Shown here piece after piece: positions 61,648-64,000 of a DNA stretch of 64,000 nt (position 1 is its first letter; every line of letters begins with the position of its first letter). Below the pieces are notes generated by a model. That model was not told the DNA's origin, did no database searches, and saw nothing but the letters and a program-made list of their open reading frames with translations. The stretch is from Heptranchias perlo (Eukaryota). The position numbers and the translations under genes were made by a program. The DNA is taken from contig NC_090326.1 of NCBI RefSeq assembly GCF_035084215.1, positions 85,498,001-85,562,000 of the forward strand, in the 5' to 3' direction.

Positions 61648-63499
61648 ACATTCCCTGCTCCCTGCATTAATAGTCACGTCCAACATCCCTCCCAGTCCTG
61701 CCACTCTCAAATAAAATGCATGTGCCCAAAGGTCAACGTTGATATTCATGTGAACTAACATTGCTGGGCCACCAGCTACTACAGGAAAACTTTCTACACA
61801 CAAAGATTTCAAAAAGGATTTTCATTTACAGCATGGGAGTGAAAGGCTGCTGTGGCTCAGTCAAGAGGTGTTAAGATCCTCGCGGTCGATGGCCTGTAAG
61901 AGCTTAGGCTTCAAACTACAGCAACTTGGTATCTACCAGGACAGTGTGGCCCAGCTGGCTTTCTGACACCAGAGCAGGCAGTGGTTGAGGGAGAGTTGCC
62001 AGGCTCCAGAAGTGCTTCTTCCCAATAGTTGGTGTTAACTAGCTTTAAATAAAATAAACTCTAACCAAGCATGATTTCTTTACACTCATTGATGTAACTT
62101 AGAATTTTTGATTAGTAAATATTCAAGTAGAGCTGAAGGTTCTATTTTTTAAAAATCAGACCATGTAAGTAAAGCGTTAATCACTGCTGGCAGAGCTGTC
62201 TGTGAAAAAGGGGGTGGAGTCAGCACAACAGCAGCAGTGAGTTGAAAAGTTCCAATTGATTTCAATCTCAAATCTCCAAACTCCCTTTACTCTTTCTTTG
62301 TGCATTCTGCATCCTGTGGATTTATAAAACCTGCCACAATCAATTTGATGTAAAATATACTTGTGCATGATCATAATAAACTTAAAATTGCAAGTATAAT
62401 TTGTCCAATTGAGTGCATATAAATTCTGCCAAATAAGTTTCAGCCTAAATGGGTCTATGTTATTCATCTTCAATTTAATATAGAGGGCCAGTTTTCAAAC
62501 ATTTTCAAAAATTTCCCCATTTGCTAATATTGCTACCTTAAAAGACAGCACCACAAGTACAATGTATAACTATACAAGTAGAGGGCTTCCAAAATTGAAG
62601 AACTTGCATCATTAGGCAATGCAAATCTATTAAAACCAACAGATACCATTAGTTGATTGACTGCATTATCATGATTGTTCTCCTTCATATTTCTATAAAC
62701 TTGTGTAGCTCAATTCTGTTGGGGGAAATAGAATTTTAATTTGTTTACCTCATTTAAAATGAAAAAAAATGTTTCCTAGCCCTGTCTCATAACCAAAACG
62801 AATGAGACAAAGCAGGACTATAAATCTCCCAAGATTTTTGGGGCAACGTTAAATTGGTATTAACACTTCAAAGGCACAATTTTGTCAATGCCTAGGTTCT
62901 CTTGGATATCAACTGTGCCTACATTCTCCGATACTTAATGTAATAACTCTGGTTACCTTAATTATATTCAACATTCACTACTTGTTCACTTTGACCCAGC
63001 TTAAATTATTGACTCCTTGTTATGGGTGACAAACTCTGAAATGCCAGTTGCTACATGACAAATCCATGTCATGCATCCAGGGAGTGTTCATACAATTTAA
63101 TCAACTAAATGTCTGCAGTGGCCATCTGCAGAAAACCAGTCTTCATAATGTAATAATTTGATCAGTCATTTGGTCTGTAAATTTTTGACAGTTAGCATCA
63201 ATGACTTAAATTCAGTTCTGACCCAAAAAGGAAGGAGTCAATATCCCAAAATAGCACGGGGACAGTGTATGTTTATGAACATCCAGTAAGTTATAAGTTA
63301 CCTGCTTTCTTTGGCATGCTTTGTAGGTAACCTATAAATCTACTAAATATATTTGAGTAAAATAAACTCTTGCTGGAAAATCAAAAATTGAAATATTTGT
63401 AACAATCATAATATTAACAAAGTGAAATACTGAATGGCCCAAGAGAAATGGGTTTAAATCTTAAATATTGCTCTTACTGTTATGAAAAATCCTGAGGTA

Positions 63500-63840
63500 G
63501 CATGTGTCAACAGTAGAAAAGAAACATTTTCACTCCTCTCCTCCTTTGCCTCTTTCAGACAATTTATCTTTTTTCTCTGATCTGAATCTCATCTTTCAAT
63601 CTCTGATATTTACCACAACTCAGTTTTGTACTGATTATGTTCTGTCTGCGACTCCTTTTGATGTGGGTTTTTAATTTCTCCTCTAACTCCGTAATTCTTT
63701 TACTGCACTCAGTGTGATTAACCAAGGATCCATTTTGTAACTCCATTATAGCCTTTGTTTGCCTTTATCTCCTCATTCTCTTCCTGCTCTAACTTGTTCT
63801 TCTTTTTCTCATCAAAGAGTGCTTTGACTCATCCAAATGA
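63500..63840 (-). pseudogene. Frameshifted coiled-coil coding remnant, possibly LTR-retroelement gag
   Basis: KALFDEKKKNKLEQEENEE then (frame change) RQTKAIMELQNGSLVNHTECSKRITELEEKL; purine-rich; no splice sites tying it to a host gene. Confidence 0.3.
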
Positions 63841-64000
63841 GCTAAAATTAGAGTTGACCACCATGATGACTTATTTAAAATGAAACTGTAACCTGTAAAT
63901 ACTATAGTTAGTTAGTAGGCTTGGGGTCCTCACACCCTGCCTACTAGACTGCCTAGGGCATTGGCCATGCAATCTATGATATGACTCTACGCCATCCCTT

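Larger units (their letters stand above)
56935..62030 (+). mobile_element. Old autonomous-type Harbinger remnant containing a CR1 and a MITE
   Basis: AGGGCTGATTTT start, cassette 57067-57129, TATTTAAAGGG at ~57217, transposase 59891-61647, possible accessory-ORF tail on minus strand 61800-62030; linkage across the CR1 inferred. Confidence 0.55.

Overview
Vertebrate, almost certainly cartilaginous-fish (shark-like) nuclear DNA. The inference rests on the repeat set: Deu-domain SacSINE1/AmnSINE1-type SINEs, several CR1 and L2 LINE families, and PIF/Harbinger elements. I find no convincing host gene exon, RNA gene or CRISPR array; the window reads as intronic or intergenic DNA dominated by nested transposons. 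Main structures: (1) a TIR-bounded two-gene Harbinger element (26299-30921) with a three-exon Myb/SANT gene and a convergent, internally deleted HARBI1-like transposase, inserted in an L2 and itself carrying a LINE; (2) two older Harbinger transposase pseudogenes and several remnants of the second ORF; (3) a set of Harbinger-type MITEs with 3-bp TSDs sharing an internal architecture (octamer/CRE-like cassette, inward-facing splice-donor motifs, a ~40-nt hairpin, and a C-rich tract that has expanded into minisatellite); (4) Russian-doll CR1/L2/SINE/LTR nests. The shared MITE architecture is the best candidate for something undescribed, but no database search was possible, so novelty is unverified. 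Boundaries of old elements are approximate.
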